Both the position numbers and the translations under genes were made by a program. The notes below the pieces were generated by a model. The model did not search any database. It worked only from the letters and a program-made list of their open reading frames with translations, and was not told the DNA's origin. From sequence record NC_048779.1: a stretch of DNA of 64,000 nucleotides. One strand, 5' to 3'. This document shows positions 63,357 to 64,000 of this stretch, piece by piece. Position 1 is the stretch's first letter; every line of letters begins with the position of its first letter.

Positions 63357-64000
63357 TTACGAGTTAAGTTCTTTGATTAGGTTGAGGAATTCAGTTTTTA
63401 GGGATCGGTCGAGTTCAACTTCGAACAAGTCACCTTGGTCGGCGTTACTCATTATCGCTTCATCACCCAACATGTTAGGTTCGATGATAGAAGACCATTG
63501 ACCGTTACCTAAGTTCTTCAAGAAGTCATTCGCTCCGATAACGGCTTCGTTATCTGTGGTTAGTGTGGATTGACCACGATACACTGCACAGATCGATTCT
63601 AACATTTCTTTATCTGCACTGTCTAATGAGAAAATTTCATCAGTTAAGCTACGTGGTTGGGTTTCGTCATAAACCGTGCACACAAGAGTTGCTAACTTAG
63701 GATAGCCCATCTCGTGAAGTTTTACAGTGGCTAATGAGAGCGCAGCCATCAACTGATAATGATCTAACGACAGGTAGATGTTGTAAGAAATGTCTTCTTG
63801 GAAAACCAATTGGAGTAGTGTGTAGATGTGTGGTTGTAGTTCGAACTCCCAGTTACTTGGAATTTGGTCGTACACCCACTCTACCAGTTTGACGTTCTCG
63901 ATTTTTAATCCCGAAGCCGGGATGTCAAAACGTTCAGTATGTCTCGGGTTGTCTTCGCAATCAAACAAGCCCATGGAGAAAAACTCAGCATGTGATTCTT
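63357..64000 (-). CDS. Conserved protein at the phiKZ gp67 position, partial; begins beyond the right edge
   Basis: The frame stays open upstream of the track's ATG 63974 (ESHAEFFS-M) to the window edge. Confidence 0.6.
   Translation of the reverse strand, partial: ESHAEFFSMGLFDCEDNPRHTERFDIPASGLKIENVKLVEWVYDQIPSNWEFELQPHIYTLLQLVFQEDISYNIYLSLDHYQLMAALSLATVKLHEMGYPKLATLVCTVYDETQPRSLTDEIFSLDSADKEMLESICAVYRGQSTLTTDNEAVIGANDFLKNLGNGQWSSIIEPNMLGDEAIMSNADQGDLFEVELDRSLKTEFLNLIKELNS

Noticed and set aside
1-64000. tRNA, rRNA, CRISPR array, intein, group I intron, HNH nuclease, transposase or recoded stop codons
   Set aside because: No cloverleaf-like or repeat-spacer pattern was seen by eye, core genes are uninterrupted and of expected size, and coding density is high under the standard code. 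tRNAscan-SE and Infernal would be needed to exclude RNA genes formally.

Overview
This window is a 64 kb piece of a phiKZ-like jumbo phage genome (probably a nucleus-forming Chimalliviridae member; host cannot be determined from the sequence). It is densely coding and mostly on the minus strand. From left to right it holds: the non-virion RNA polymerase (nvRNAP) beta N-half (cut by the left edge), major capsid protein, DnaB-like helicase, an accessory block of small early genes (7-15 kb), tail/neck genes, a long head-protein cluster with six tandem phiKZ internal-head-protein paralogs, baseplate genes, a split family-B DNA polymerase subunit, a virion RNAP beta' subunit, an SF2 helicase, nvRNAP beta'/beta C-halves, a PicA/Imp1-like importer and a gp68-like specificity subunit. 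All phiKZ gp numbers come from remembered motifs and synteny, not from a database search. I found no tRNA, rRNA, CRISPR array, intron or transposase. The most interesting observations are: (1) an apparently catalytically dead paralog of the prohead protease next to the PicA-like gene; (2) a membrane M48-like zincin carrying a head-protease cleavage tag; (3) a recurrent TTWCA-N5-ATATTAY early-promoter motif whose variable spacer is repeatedly matched by a co-varying inverted repeat; (4) a six-gene array with conserved ends and a variable core, sharing four G-x-E cleavage motifs; (5) a T4 gp26/gp51-like gene pair.
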